The notes under the pieces are model-generated. The model searched no databases, was not told the DNA's origin, and saw only the letters and a list, made by a program, of their open reading frames with translations. Shown in pieces: positions 1 to 12,163 of a stretch of DNA of 64,000 bases. The DNA is from Eledone cirrhosa (lineage: Eukaryota): NCBI GenBank assembly GCA_964016885.1, contig OZ024740.1:207886001-207950000 (forward strand). Direction: 5' to 3'. Both the position numbers and the translations under genes were made by a program. Each line of letters begins with the position of its first letter. Position 1 is the first letter of the stretch.

Positions 1-963
1 TAAAGAACTGAAACAACATTTCCCTAGCGATCGACTAAGATGGGACTTCTGTATTCACTAATTTCCCTGTTTTTGCCCTTATTTTTTATTCATGCGTATG
101 TTTTAACCTCGGAGGACAGAGTGTGGGTATGCCTGAGTTTATGTTTGTGTGTGTGTGTGCATGTGTGTGTGTGTGACTGCAACTCAGCATGGCTACTCTC
201 CATCATTAATGTTTTAGTCGATCATATCTAAACCCCCATTACTTATTTCAGCAGGGCACTTATGTTTTCGACGTTTATCTGTCAAAATGCCGCAATTTCT
301 TCGGACCTACATCACTGTTTTAGTCTTAGAAGGCTCAAACCGTCTTGTTTTTTATGTTGGTATTTAAAAACCATATTAGCGGGTGGTTTCAAAATTAAAT
401 GCGATCGAAGTGTTCTCTGCCTTTCTAGCTACTGTCCTTCAAAAGGAACAGGCATCTGTTTTCCATCTTATGCATGCTAGAATCTACTATAGTAATATTT
501 CCCACGGATAGTACGAGGTAGTTTATATTCTGTTGCGACATTATACTTTTTATAGGAAGATAGGTAATTCGTTTTGGACAGCTTTGCGCAGCTGTTACTG
601 ATATTATCAATTTCGTTCACATTTTTCTGAAAGAGCAGACGACAGTTTTATAGCACTGCTTTTATTTGTTGGAATCTTATTTAAACTAACTCAACTTCCT
701 GCTTTATCTCTCATTCACTTTTTTCCTCACTGTCCTTTTAAGCTCACACTCCCACATATTTTGTGTTCGAAACGAGCGATCGTAGTCAAACAAAAGTGAA
801 AAATAATTCCCTGTTAAAAAACAAAGTATTGTATAAATAAATGTATTTATATTCCTACAACATGGCCAGAATATTTGAACAAGGCGTGTATTCACTAATT
901 TTCTCTGATAGAGCCTAGCGACTATTTGCATTGCAGAAACATCGGGACTTTTATATATATACA

Positions 964-1084
<121 letters not shown>

Positions 1085-1249
1085 GTGTGTGTGTGTTGAT
1101 TTAAAACTGCACTATTCACAAGTGTATTTTAACCTTCATATCATGTCTTCCTATTTTATCTGACGAAAACATAAATGTTATTGCATGATGATATTTGTTT
1201 TTGAAATGCGCATAATAATATACATGGAACTCTTTTAACCATCTTTTGA

Positions 1250-1353
<104 letters not shown>

Positions 1354-1365
1354 TATATATATTTC

Positions 1366-1890
1366 AGATCACTCTCGAATGCTACTGGTAACATGTAACC
1401 CAGTACAACCTGTCTCATGGTCGGGTGGTCGGCGACTAAAGCGGCAACCCCACCAAGCTTGCTTGGTAAGGAGGATGATATTTGGACACCCTGCGAGATG
1501 AAATACAAGACTCGGCAAAGGGCGAAGGAACTCATCAGAGTCAACGGCCATTCAAATAGTACCTTTTTTGTTCTTTTCACCAAGGAGTGAAAGACCCTCA
1601 GTTGTTATTACAACACCTTTCTAAGAGAGGTAAACTCTGACAAAAACCTGCGGCTTCGGAAACATCCGATGATGTTGACCAGTTCCCTATTTCGAGTAGT
1701 GTTTTCGATGTTCAGAGTGTAAAATTGGTCGAGTGCAAGTCCTTTCCCCACTTAAAAAACCTTCAAAGCACAGGTATTGCTTGTTCGGGATATGTCACAG
1801 GTTCGTGTGGCTGGCTGTAGTCTAAAGGTCCACCATTTTCTGTAATCTGACAAGCAATTGCAATACTCTTAGAAGAGTTTGCAGTCACCA
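1366..1890 (+). mobile_element. Non-autonomous RTE-tailed retroelement (bipartite family), copy 1
   Basis: Clearly homologous to 41150-41522 (+) and 63120-63630 (-). The 3' half resembles the 3' UTR of the RTE remnant at 45400-45655 (GATGTTCAGAG, CTTAAAAAA-CTTCAA, TTGCAG-CA-CA end). Confidence 0.75.
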
Positions 1891-1896
1891 TATATA

Positions 1897-1965
<69 letters not shown>

Positions 1966-1970
<5 letters not shown>

Positions 1971-2700
1971 ATTTGGGGAGTCATATTGTTATGATATTGC
2001 CAGAAATAATAATAAAACACACTCACTGTTTGGTTTGGATTGGTTTTCGCTTCTGTATATTTTATGTCCCTATAGTTAATTTATCTGGCAATCAATGTTT
2101 ATCATTGATTGATCAACGGTTAAAAATATAGATATAAATATAAATATATATATATAGTTTATCAAAGTTCTTTCATCACACACCTGTGACATCATCAATG
2201 GCACTAATATGCTTCCTGCCGTTGTATTGTAATGTCTACGGCATTTTAATTAATTAATTTATTTATTTATTCTTGTCTCTGTCTCTGTATGCGCATGCGT
2301 TTGCGTGTTTTTTTCTGTTTGGTGTATGTGTTCGTGTCTGAGTCTATATATGTTTGAATTCTATCTTTGTTCATTAGTGTGTGTTTATGTGTGGTTGTTG
2401 TTATTGGACCTGTGTATGTTCATTTATTTATATTCCCTTAGGTCAATATTGTGTGTTTGGGTATGGTTGTTGTTGTTCCATTTATTTTTTTCTGTTCAAC
2501 TTTGGTTTTCTTCTATTTCAGTTGCTTCTCTGATTTGCCTACCTGTTGAATAATTTCTATGTTTAGATATTATTTTAATTTCTATGTTGTCTATATTGCC
2601 ATCATGTCTTTGTCTGGCGTTCATATAGTACTGAACCGTCTTTTTGTCCTTTTATCCCCCCCTCCCCCCGTGTTGGTCTATTCTCTCTCCTATTCATCCT
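1966..2700 (-). mobile_element. Degenerate Penelope-like element 3' end (EN remnant plus pLTR)
   Basis: Colinear homology to 57378-58110. Decayed hammerhead at 2161-2203 (TTGATGA-T-GTCACA/TGTGAT-GAAAGAACTT on the minus strand). Abuts (TA)n. Confidence 0.7.
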
Positions 2701-2998
2701 ATGCGTTTTATAAACGGCGATATTTTATAATGGGGAATGTAGCACTAGACACACGGTGTCTCTAGATAAATGATGGAATGATCAGAACTGGAACGGATTT
2801 CTTAAAGAAAAAAGACAATAATATTAGTCGTGATCAGAACTAGGTTGTAGACCTATTAGATGAGTGCAGAGAAGGTGTGTGGCTGTGTAAGGTAAAATTA
2901 CTGGAGGTTGAGTAGTGTTGGCGTGTTTGTAATTGATGGTGGTGAGATTAATAAACGTTGGTAGTTGAGTGTTGTTTAGTTTGATTGGCAGTTGCTGG

Positions 2999-3062
2999 TT
3001 ACGTTGGATGGTTGGAAGCTGGGGATTGTGTTGGTGGGCTCGCATCTTCAGGTATATCATTG
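2999..3062 (-). CDS. Putative terminal coding exon of host gene (NDIPEDASPPTQSPASNHPT*)
   Basis: Strong acceptor ttgtttttttcattcattttattccatag|C. Phase 2, compatible with the exon at 3369-3468. Stop TAA at 3001-2999. Confidence 0.4.
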
Positions 3063-3368
3063 CTATGGAATAAAATGAATGAAAAAAACAAGCATTTAAA
3101 TATGATTAATGATTCGTAGTTTGATATATAATTAACGTTGTTGGTACAGTTTCATGGAATTAATTGGGAACATTTATTGTTTCTGGAAATAAATATAATT
3201 AAGAGGAAAATAGCATATAAAAATGAGAGCCCAGCTTAAAATCTCCAGTGATGTGATAAACTAGAGATGGAAGGGAAAGGCAAGGGCTCTAGGGTCACAG
3301 AAGAATGCGAGGGGAAGGTGAAGGGTTCTGGGTCGAGGGCGCGAGACCCACTGCAACTGTCACCCCAC

Positions 3369-3468
3369 CTCGCGAGGTCCCTTCCTCTAACGGGCTGCTG
3401 ACCTTCCGATCTTGTGGAGGAGCTCGGCAGTCGGGGTCCGAGGACGCCTGAGGTCTCGCCGGTGACTG
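3369..3468 (-). CDS. Putative internal exon (xVTGETSGVLGPRLPSSSTRSEGQQPVRGRDLA)
   Basis: GC/CpG-rich island in AT-rich DNA. Acceptor tacttcctcttcgcag|, donor GAG|gtgggg, 100 nt, phase 1 to 2. Confidence 0.4.
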
Positions 3469-3607
3469 CTGCGAAGAGGAAGTAGCCAGACAATCCCCGG
3501 TATTTGTTTGATGAATCCAAGTTTGATATAAGCGGTCAATAACAATAACGTACCAGTAAAGAACTGGGGTCAATTTGATTGACTTCCTCCTCAAAAAAGG
3601 TTGGTCA

Positions 3608-5075
3608 GGGGTGATGGTTGTAGTGGTTACTGTAGATGTGATGGTTGTAGTGGTGATGTTTGTAGTGGTGGTTGTAGTGGTGATGTTTGTAGTGGTGGTT
3701 GTAGTGGTGACTGTAGATGTGATGGTTGTAGTGGTGATGTTTGTAGTGGTGGTTGTAGTGGTGGTTGTAGTGGTGGTTGTAGTGGTGATGTTTGTAGTGG
3801 TGGTTGTAGTGGTGACTGTAGATGTGATGGTTGTAGTGGTGGTTGTAGTGGTAGTTGTAGTGGTGACTGTAGATGTGATGGTTGTAGTGGTGGTTGTAGT
3901 GGTGGTTGTAGTGGTGACTGTAGATGTGATGGTTGTAGTGGTGGTTGTAGTGATGGTCGTAGTGGTGACTTGTAGGGGCGATGGTTGTGGTGGTGGTTGT
4001 AGTGGTGACTGTAGGGGTGATGGTTGTAGTGGTGATGTTTGTAGTGGTGGTTGTAGTGATGGTTGTAGTGGTGACTGTAGAGGTGATGGTTGTAGTGGTG
4101 ATGTTTGTAGAGGTGGTTGTAGTGGTGGTTGGTTGTGATGGTTGTAGTGGTGACTGTAGGGGTGATGGTTGTAGTGGTGATGTTTGTAGAGGTGGTTGTA
4201 GTGGTGTTGGTTGTGATGGTTGTAGTGGTGACTGTAGGGGTGATGGTTGTAATGGTGATGTTTGTAGAGGTGGTTGTAGTGGTGTTGGTTATGATGGTTG
4301 TAGTGGTGATTGTAGTGATGGTTGTAGTGGTGATGTTTGTAGAGGTGGTTGTAGTGGTGTTGGTTATGATGGTTGTAGTGGTGACTGTAGGGGTGATGGT
4401 TGTAGTGGTGATGTTTGTAGAGGTGGTTGTAGTGGTGTTGGTTGTGATGGTTGTAGTGGTGGTTGTAGTGGTGACTGTAGATGTGATGGTTGTAGTGGTG
4501 ATGTTTGTAGTGGTGGTTGTAGTGGTGGTTGTAGTGGTGATGTTTGTAGTGGTGGTTGTAGTGGTGACTGTAGATGTGATGGTTGTAGTGGTGGTTGTAG
4601 TGGTAGTTGTAGTGGTGACTGTAGATGTGATGGTTGTAGTGGTGGTTGTAGTGGTGGTTGTAGTGGTGACTGTAGATGTGATGGTTGTAGTGGTGGTTGT
4701 AGTGATGGTCGTAGTGGTGACTTGTAGGGGCGATGGTTATGGTGGTGGTGGTTGTAGTGGTGACTGTAGGGGTGATGGTTGTAGTGGTGATGTTTGTAGT
4801 GGTGGTTGTAGTGATGGTTGTAGTGGTGACTGTAGAGGTGATGGTTGTAGTGGTGATGTTTGTAGAGGTGGTTGTAGTGGTGGTTGGTTGTGATGGTTGT
4901 AGTGGTGACTGTAGGGGTGATGGTTGTAGTGGTGATGTTTGTAGAGGTGGTTGTAGTGGTGTTGGTTGTGATGGTTGTAGTGGTGATGTTTGTAGAGGTG
5001 GTTGTAGTGGTGTTGGTTGTGATGGTTGTAGTGGTGGTTGTAGAGGTGGTTGTAGTGGTGTTGGTTATGATGGTG
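3608..5075. repeat. GT-rich minisatellite built on GGTTGTAGT / GGTGATGTTTGTAGT units, with a ~750-bp higher-order duplication
   Basis: The diagnostic variant GGTCGTAGTGGTGACTTGTAGGGGCGATGG occurs at ~3956 and ~4707. The poly-Val and GCSG ORFs are artefacts. Confidence 0.95.
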
Positions 5076-5392
5076 ATGGCAATATATTCAGTTTTTCTTG
5101 ATAAACTTGTCAGTGTGTGGTCTTTTTGATATCGCTGGAGATAGCTCAGTTGTTGATGGTGGTGATGGTGGTGATGGTGGTGATGGTGGTGATAGTGGTG
5201 ATGGTGGTGATGGTGGTGATTGTAGTGATTGCAATGGTGATGATGATGGCGATAACGACCATCATGGTGCTGCCGCTGATGGTGCTGCTGCTAGTGGTGA
5301 TGGTGTTGGTAATGGTGGGAAGGGGTAGGGAAATTTTAATGGATTTTTGTGGTTAGTGCTGATGATGCGCCAAACAGTGTGACGCCTCACAG

Positions 5393-5632
5393 ACGATATT
5401 GCTGATGATGATGATGATGACGATGATGACGATATCTATGTTGCTGATGATGATGATGACGATGATGATGGTGACGATATTGCTGATGATGATGATGATG
5501 ACGATGATGACGATATCTATGTTGCTGATGATGATGATGACGATGATGATGGTGACGATATTGCTGATGATGATGATGATGACGATGATGACGATATCTA
5601 TGTTGCTGATGATGATGATGATGACGATGATG
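5393..5632. repeat. (GAT)n-based ~81-bp unit, about 3 copies
   Basis: GACGATATTGCTGATG...GATATCTATGTTGCTGATG recurs three times. Confidence 0.9.
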
Positions 5633-6043
5633 AAACAGTTGCGAAGAATCTGTTTGCAATAACTCTGTCAAGATTCAGTGCGTTCACTTCCGTCTAATCT
5701 TTGATTGCATAAACGGAAAAGACGTCTAATGTTGCCGTAGAAACGGTGGTTTTTTGCCCCAACCTCGACACCCTCCACATCCACTCGTGGCCACCACATA
5801 TATAGACACTCACTGATATACCTACACATGTATTTCACACACTTACATACATGTACACTTGTAATACATGTGTATATATATTATGCAGACAGATTGAAAC
5901 ACTCACACACGTACATGTTATGTATATATGTATGCGTATGTGTGTGAATATGTAGATATATATTTATATATTTATATATATATACATACACGCACACACA
6001 TATATATATATGTGTATGTATGTATATATACATATATATATGT

Positions 6044-6089
<46 letters not shown>

Positions 6090-6095
<6 letters not shown>

Positions 6096-6243
6096 GAATA
6101 TAAAAGAGAAATAAACACAGATATAAACATGAAAAAAATACTAACTATTAGTTAGTATTTTTGTCACCCTAGCGAATCTGGTCCCTTACAATTTGAACTC
6201 ATATGTTTATATCTGTGTTTATCTCTCTTTTATATGCAATTAT
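6090..6243. repeat. Inverted repeat with nested hairpin, adjacent to (TA)n
   Basis: ATATAAAAGAGAAATAAACACAGATATAAACAT pairs with ATGTTTATATCTGTGTTTATCTCTCTTTTATAT. Inner hairpin AAAAATACTAACTA-T-TAGTTAGTATTTTT. Confidence 0.8.
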
Positions 6244-6326
6244 ATCACACGGCTCAGAAAAACCTCTTTCTTTGAAGTATTTAATGGTAAGAGACTATTT
6301 TGAGTTTCTAACTCAATATATACCTT

Positions 6327-6370
<44 letters not shown>

Positions 6371-6377
<7 letters not shown>

Positions 6378-7443
6378 CGCTTACGTTCGTACGGTTGTCC
6401 TTCTTGTTCCTATAACCATGCCTATTCCGAGCTGAGGAATAGGCATGGTTATAGGAACAGGAAGAACAACCGTACGAACGCAAGCGCAACAATAGACAAA
6501 CTATCTGGTTCTCTCCTTCCTTCTTACTCAACGTTAAAACCAATGTAGGAAAAATATTTCTAGCCCTCTTAGATCGACAGTTTCCCATAGGTCATAAATA
6601 CTGCTCCGTCTTATACTGTCACAAAGTTAAACTAGGATACTCCTGCGCTAAGAACATGAAGGCCCACATCACAAGCAGCCCTAGGAGCAACAGGGTGCTC
6701 TTGCCGTTAGCCTGAAGCTTGCCCCCTTCAACAGCAATGCAACACACCAGCTGTAATTTATGAAGCTGTGGATACTTCCAACCGACCAAACGAACCACAG
6801 GAGGTCAAATCCTATGTGGGCATGGCGGAGGGCCGATTTAAGGAACGTTTCCTGAACCACCAGTCTACCTTCATATACCCGGGCAGACGTTCATCCACGA
6901 AACTCGCGAGCCACGTATGGTCCCTCAAGGACTCAAGTATAGACCACTCTATTCAATGGAAAACCATTACTAAGTCCAAGCCATACGCAAGGGGAAATCC
7001 GACGTGTGGCTTATGTATTGACGACCGAATAACTATTCTAAAGAGATTACGCATTAGTGATTGCCTAAACACGAGAAATGAATTTTTCACACGTTGTCCA
7101 CACGTCACCAAACATCTATTGCATAACTACAATGCTCCGGACTGATTCTTTGTGATTTTATTTTCAACTAAAAACTTTTCGGAATTCCGCAGTTATCTCC
7201 CTTACACCTCTCGCACGCATTCTAGTATTGCCTGTGTGAAGTGAGCGGGTTTCTGCGCATGCGCGTTCGTACGGTTATCCTTCCTGTTCCTATAACCATG
7301 CCCATTCCGAGATGAGGATCCGCTACGTTGAAACAATTGTTCTCAGTATGGTGAACTAACTGTTGTGTAACCACTTCTACCTAACTCGTCCCATGGACTG
7401 AGTGCTCTACCACTACGGATATTACCTTCCAGTGTTCCACCAC
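6371..7443 (+). mobile_element. 5'-truncated Penelope-like element (RT-EN linker, GIY-YIG endonuclease, pLTR) with 5' fold-back
   Basis: From ~6480 it reads RKRNNRQTIWFSPSFLLNVKTNVGKIFLALLDRQFP (PLE linker). ORF 6768-7145 has SYVGMAEGRFKERFLNH, CGLC and LNTRNE. Bases 6371-6493 form a palindrome of pLTR sequence (homologous to 7262-7318). Flanked by (TA)n. Confidence 0.9.
7302..7351 (+). ncRNA. Degenerate type-I hammerhead ribozyme
   Basis: CCATTCCGAG-ATGAGGA (CTGAGGA in the copy at 6432)-TCCGCTACGTT-GAAAC-AATT-GTT-CTCAGTATGG. Stem III ACAATTGT is palindromic. Confidence 0.55.
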
Positions 7444-7462
7444 TATATATATATATATATAT

Positions 7463-7660
7463 AACAAAGGAATTGTGGTAAGGAAACAGACTGACCATAA
7501 AGCACCAGAGTACTCAATATTTAGGGTAGTAGAGTGGGAAATAGGAAAAGGTATGACCCCGACGGCAGAGCTCAAGCCGTTTCGACGGCTATTTCTGGAC
7601 TCCAAAAATAGCCGTCGAAACGGCTTGAACTCTGCCGTCGGGGTCATACTTTTTCCTATA
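7463..7660 (-). mobile_element. Palindromic hammerhead-foldback element (GAAACGGC family), copy A
   Basis: ~120-bp palindrome 7541-7660 centred at TGGA-C-TCCA. Homologous to 33481-33682, 57210-57345 and 59195-59399. (TA)n on both sides. Confidence 0.8.
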
Positions 7661-7883
7661 TATATATATATATTGGTAAAAGGAAAAGAAAATGCTTACA
7701 AATTGTTCCAACTGAAAAATAGTTTAATTAGGAATAAGTAAAAATTAGTAATAAGTATTGGTTAATATTCAGTTTTGGTTTTAAGTTTTTACCGGTTGCA
7801 CATTTCTAATGCTTTTCAAAAATAATTTTGAGATAGAGTGCCTGTGATGTTTGCTCTAATCAGTATATATATATATATATATA

Positions 7884-7967
<84 letters not shown>

Positions 7968-9207
7968 TGAGGTAAAGGTTAAGTGGAAATATCTAAGGAC
8001 GAGTTTAGTATAAATATTTACAACAGTGACATAAACGGGTACTCAAGTTTCGTTCGGTTCTGGGCGCCAATTCCTTCAGCCTCTCATGAGAAAAAAACAA
8101 AAAACAAAGATGGCCGCCTATGGGTAATTGTGCTTCCCCTATGGGGATATAACAAAAGAGTTTATACAGGAGCAGGTAATTTAGAAAAAGTATAGAAAAG
8201 GGCTTATTTTTAAAAAATAGGGTAAGATACAACTAAGGTAACTCTTGAGAGACCACAGTCAATTTAGAATGGACATAGAAGCACAATAATTTCTTCTAGT
8301 TGACTTCAGGGATCACATTTCACTGCAATACAATATAGTCAGTAACTCGAAAGATAATTCTGGTCCTGTTAGTCAGGCCTAGGCCATGTATCCAAAATAT
8401 ATTTCTTCACATTGGGACAACCGCCAAAGCAATCGAGTCGTGTGTTGAGGCAGTGCTTATCCGAAGCTAATTGTGAGAGTATCCACCATTTTTTGGAATT
8501 ACAATGCCGACAAAATTTCGACCCATTTACATAGGCGATAGATCTTTCCAAAATACGCCATTTGATGGAAAAGGGCGTACCATTGTTCTTAAGGTCCCAT
8601 ACGTGGTTTGCGAGCTGGGTGGTATGTTTTTTTTTATCAGGATATCTAAATGTTGTTTCGTGATTCCGGACCCGGTTTTTAAACCGGCTTTCAGACATAC
8701 CAACATAGGTCCAGGCTTCAGTTTGATTTTTCTGGTTGGTAGAGGTAGCCTCTGCTTGGTATATCACTGCCGGAGTGTTGCAATGTTGGTCTAGTGGACA
8801 TGTATCAGGTCTTCCACATGAGCATCCGTACGGTGGAGGACTTTTGTGTTTGCCAGTGATATAGGTTTTACATTGTTGGTGCAATTTTTTACCGTATAGC
8901 AATTAAATAACTAGAGTCCTTATGGATGTACTGAAGTTTCTCACGGGGTTTGTGGAATGGTTCATACGTGCGTGTCTGAAGGTCTAAATTAACGTCTAGG
9001 AAGTTGACATTAGTGAGATTAGTGGCTATCGTAATTTTTAAACCAGGCGTGTTAAAGGTGGCGATTAAGTTTTGTTATATCCCCGTAGGGAAAGCACAAT
9101 CAACCATATGCGGTCATCTTTGTTTTTTATTTTTCTCGTGACAGGCTGAAGGAATTGGGTCCCAGAGCCCCACGAAACTTGAGTACTTGTTTATGTCACT
9201 GTTGTAA

Positions 9208-9214
<7 letters not shown>
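7968..9214 (-). mobile_element. Penelope-like element (RT thumb plus GIY-YIG, internally deleted) with inverted pLTR
   Basis: 9070-8905 reads GLKITIATNLTNVNFLDVNLDLQTRTYEPFHKP. ORF 8369-8902 has CSCGRPDTCPL, VIYQAE, TYVGMSESRFKNR. ~145-bp inverted repeats at 8011-8157 and 9070-9214. Confidence 0.9.
9141..9190 (+). ncRNA. Hammerhead-like variant in inverted pLTR (mirror copy ~8035-8075 on minus)
   Basis: ACAGG-CTGAAGGA-...-GAAAC-TTGA-GTA-CTTGT. The core is non-canonical and stem II is weak. Confidence 0.4.
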
Positions 9215-9272
<58 letters not shown>

Positions 9273-9339
9273 TACATATATACATATATATATATAAATA
9301 ATTACAACAGTGTATAATATATATGTATACATATGTAGA

Positions 9340-9668
9340 TACATTTACCAAAATAAACGGTAGTGTCCAATCCGTATGAAGAACTCAATGTAATCCAAAT
9401 ATAGAAGATATCATGAAAAGAGAAAATGCATTCAAAATTTAACGATAAAAATCATAGGAAAACAGAGTCAAGATAAATTAATAAAAACAATGAAATAAGA
9501 ACAGGTTCCTTATATTGAAAAAAAATCATCATTTTACGATCGTTTCTGGGATATATATATGTGTGTTGGTATGGTTATCATGTTAAAGATGTATGTAAAA
9601 AATATTACAAATTATCAGGGGAGATATACATACCTTCACCTATATATGCCATCTTCAGAAAAAAATCA
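9340..9668 (-). mobile_element. Solo Penelope pLTR fragment with long-stem-II hammerhead (9526-9665)
   Basis: Reverse complement of 55100-55420. CTGAAGA...GAAAC-GATC-GTA-AAATGATGA on the minus strand. Confidence 0.8.
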
Positions 9669-9683
9669 TATATATATATATAT

Positions 9684-9876
<193 letters not shown>

Positions 9877-9999
9877 TATTAAAGCCAGTTACTACAACCG
9901 AACCATACCAGGGACGTACGTTTCATTGTGCCGGAAGACAAACTTTTTCAACCTGTTCCGGTAGAAATGAATTAACCGGAATATATTTATATAGTGGAC

Positions 10000-10345
10000 G
10001 AACTATCGTTCAATGCTTAAGAAGTTTGTTTCACAATTATTAGGTCCCAGGTTCGATCTGACAGCGTGGCATCTTGGACAAGTGTCATTTACGATAACCT
10101 TAGGTCGACCCATGCCTTACCGGTGAAGTTGGGTGGACATGACTGTTTGGAAGTCCATCGGATGGATTGTATCTGTAATTCAAAGGACCAACCTTGTCAC
10201 ACACTGTGTCACGCTGAATCTCAAAAGAATTAAGTTAAGGCTACACCTGTCTGTGGAATGCTCAGCCACTTCCACGTTTATTTTTTGAGCGGGCTGTTTC
10301 CTTTATAAAACATCTGAAACACATCGTTTAAACTGACGGAAGTCT
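10000..10345 (+). mobile_element. Decayed tRNA-derived CORE-type SINE
   Basis: GGTTCGAT B-box and CTTGGACAAGTGTCATTT core. The tail is homologous to 15650-15830. Confidence 0.65.
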
Positions 10346-10397
10346 ACTACATTCTATATGTTTAATCTCATACTCTGTACGCACACACACACACACA

Positions 10398-10482
<85 letters not shown>

Positions 10483-10484
<2 letters not shown>

Positions 10485-10826
10485 CTTTCAACCATCTGGC
10501 AGGAAGGTATACGATGCTGACGATAGCTAATAAGCTCGAAACTAGTACATCGTTCCTGTGTCAGTGTTGAACAAAAAGGTGAAGTGGTTGCCTAAACACT
10601 GTACGGCGTAATTCGGGCTGTTTGTTTGTCAAACCGAGCATTATAATAAATGTTCGGTAAACCGATACGTGCATATATATATATGTGTGCATGTATGTAT
10701 ATATATATACTACTGTACGTCTGTATACATATATGTATGTACGTATACATACATACATACATACATACTTACATTTAAGTAAGTGCCGTACTAAGAGTGA
10801 GAAATGAAATGTCGTTTCATTCTATT

Positions 10827-10830
<4 letters not shown>
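10483..10830 (+). mobile_element. Penelope pLTR-type non-coding element (ACTAGT-HHR family)
   Basis: Homologous to 35677-36095, 32992-33332, 50932-51110 and 62051-62250. Ends CGTACTAAGAGTGAGAAATGAAAT...TTCC-(TA)n. Confidence 0.75.
10511..10553 (+). ncRNA. Minimal type-I hammerhead ribozyme
   Basis: Stem I ACGATG/CATCGT is perfect. Core CTGACGA. Stem II AGCT-AATA-AGCT. GAAAC-TA-GTA gives palindromic ACTAGT and a GUA cleavage site after 10547. Confidence 0.85.
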
Positions 10831-10865
<35 letters not shown>

Positions 10866-11358
10866 AAATTTAAAACAAACCAGAGCGCTTCGAAACTCAT
10901 AAGATTTATATATATATATATGAATGTAAAAATGGCGTGCTGCGTTTGCTTTTTTCACTCCCGCTGCTGGTCACACACTCTCTGCTGGCCTCTTCCTCAC
11001 ACATTCACTCACTCACTCACTGCTACTCCCCCTTTCTCACTTTCTCCCGTCTGACCTGAGTGAAATTCTTTTCTCCCTCACTTTTCGCGTGGCTCGGACG
11101 TGTCCGCCTCTTCTCGTCATTTGATTCGTTTGAACTCAAGCCCACAAGATTCATTGACTTGTCTCTCTTTTCCTCTCTTTACGTTGCATTACTACCATGT
11201 TGTTTGTTCACTTTCCCCTTCCAATTCGCTCTGTCCCGATAACTTTATTTAGTTATCGTTCGCACTGATTTTAGGTATCTAGTCTTTAATGCAAAGAAAT
11301 ACTAATGATAATCAGTAGACTACTGCTGATGAACATTCCTGTTTCTCGGTCTATTTTC

Positions 11359-11401
<43 letters not shown>

Positions 11402-11516
11402 GACAGTGAACGACACAAAATATAACTACTCCATTACCAAAGGTTTCTGGATCTCAGACAATAATAATATACGTCTGGATCGATTGTCTGACAGAGATGT
11501 TATATATATATATTTA

Positions 11517-11654
11517 ATATAGAAATGGCTTCTACAGGACTAGAACTGTTTCATTCGGGAGAAATCATCAGGATGCCGACTGTCCAAGTAATACGGTGGT
11601 ATTTATACATTTTCAGGTGGCAGGAGAGGGTGGTGATTGGGATGAGTGGAGTCC

Positions 11655-11655
<1 letters not shown>
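11517..11655 (-). mobile_element. pLTR-like fragment with hammerhead-like core (GAAACAGTTCTAGTC family)
   Basis: Minus strand CTGATGA-TTTC-TCCC-GAAT-GAAAC-AGTTCTA-GTC. Same family as the palindromes at 30713-30810 and 32806-32915. Stem I is not canonical. Confidence 0.55.
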
Positions 11656-11715
<60 letters not shown>

Positions 11716-11911
11716 CAGTGAAATTCCGTTATAACGAAATTCACGAGGTATAAACAAATTCGTTATAACGAAAAATTCTTTATAACTAGATCGACCGAAG
11801 CAAATCGACCGTTTGTGCGTTTGTTTGTTATTACATCGGGGATTGAAAAAGATTTCGTTATACTGAAAAATTCGTTATAATTCGTATAATTCGTTAAATC
11901 GGAATTTTACT
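11716..11911. mobile_element. Tc1/mariner-pogo (Tigger-like) MITE
   Basis: TA|CAGTGAAATTCCGTTATAACGAA ... TTCGTTAAATCGGAATTTTACT imperfect TIRs, with internal TTCGTTATAAC repeats. Confidence 0.75.
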
Positions 11912-11934
11912 TCTCTCTCTCTCTCCATATATAC

Positions 11935-12007
<73 letters not shown>

Positions 12008-12064
12008 CAGGTAAAATTCCGTATGTATACACACACACACGCACACACACAAACACACACACAG

Positions 12065-12163
<99 letters not shown>

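Noticed and set aside
1525-1545. CTGATGAG on the minus strand as a hammerhead core
   Set aside because: Not conserved in the other two family copies, and there is no GAAA half.
3575-5356. Long poly-Val, GCSG-repeat or (minus-strand) Thr-rich mucin-like ORFs
   Set aside because: Stop-free frames of a minisatellite. No splice donor at the minus-strand end.
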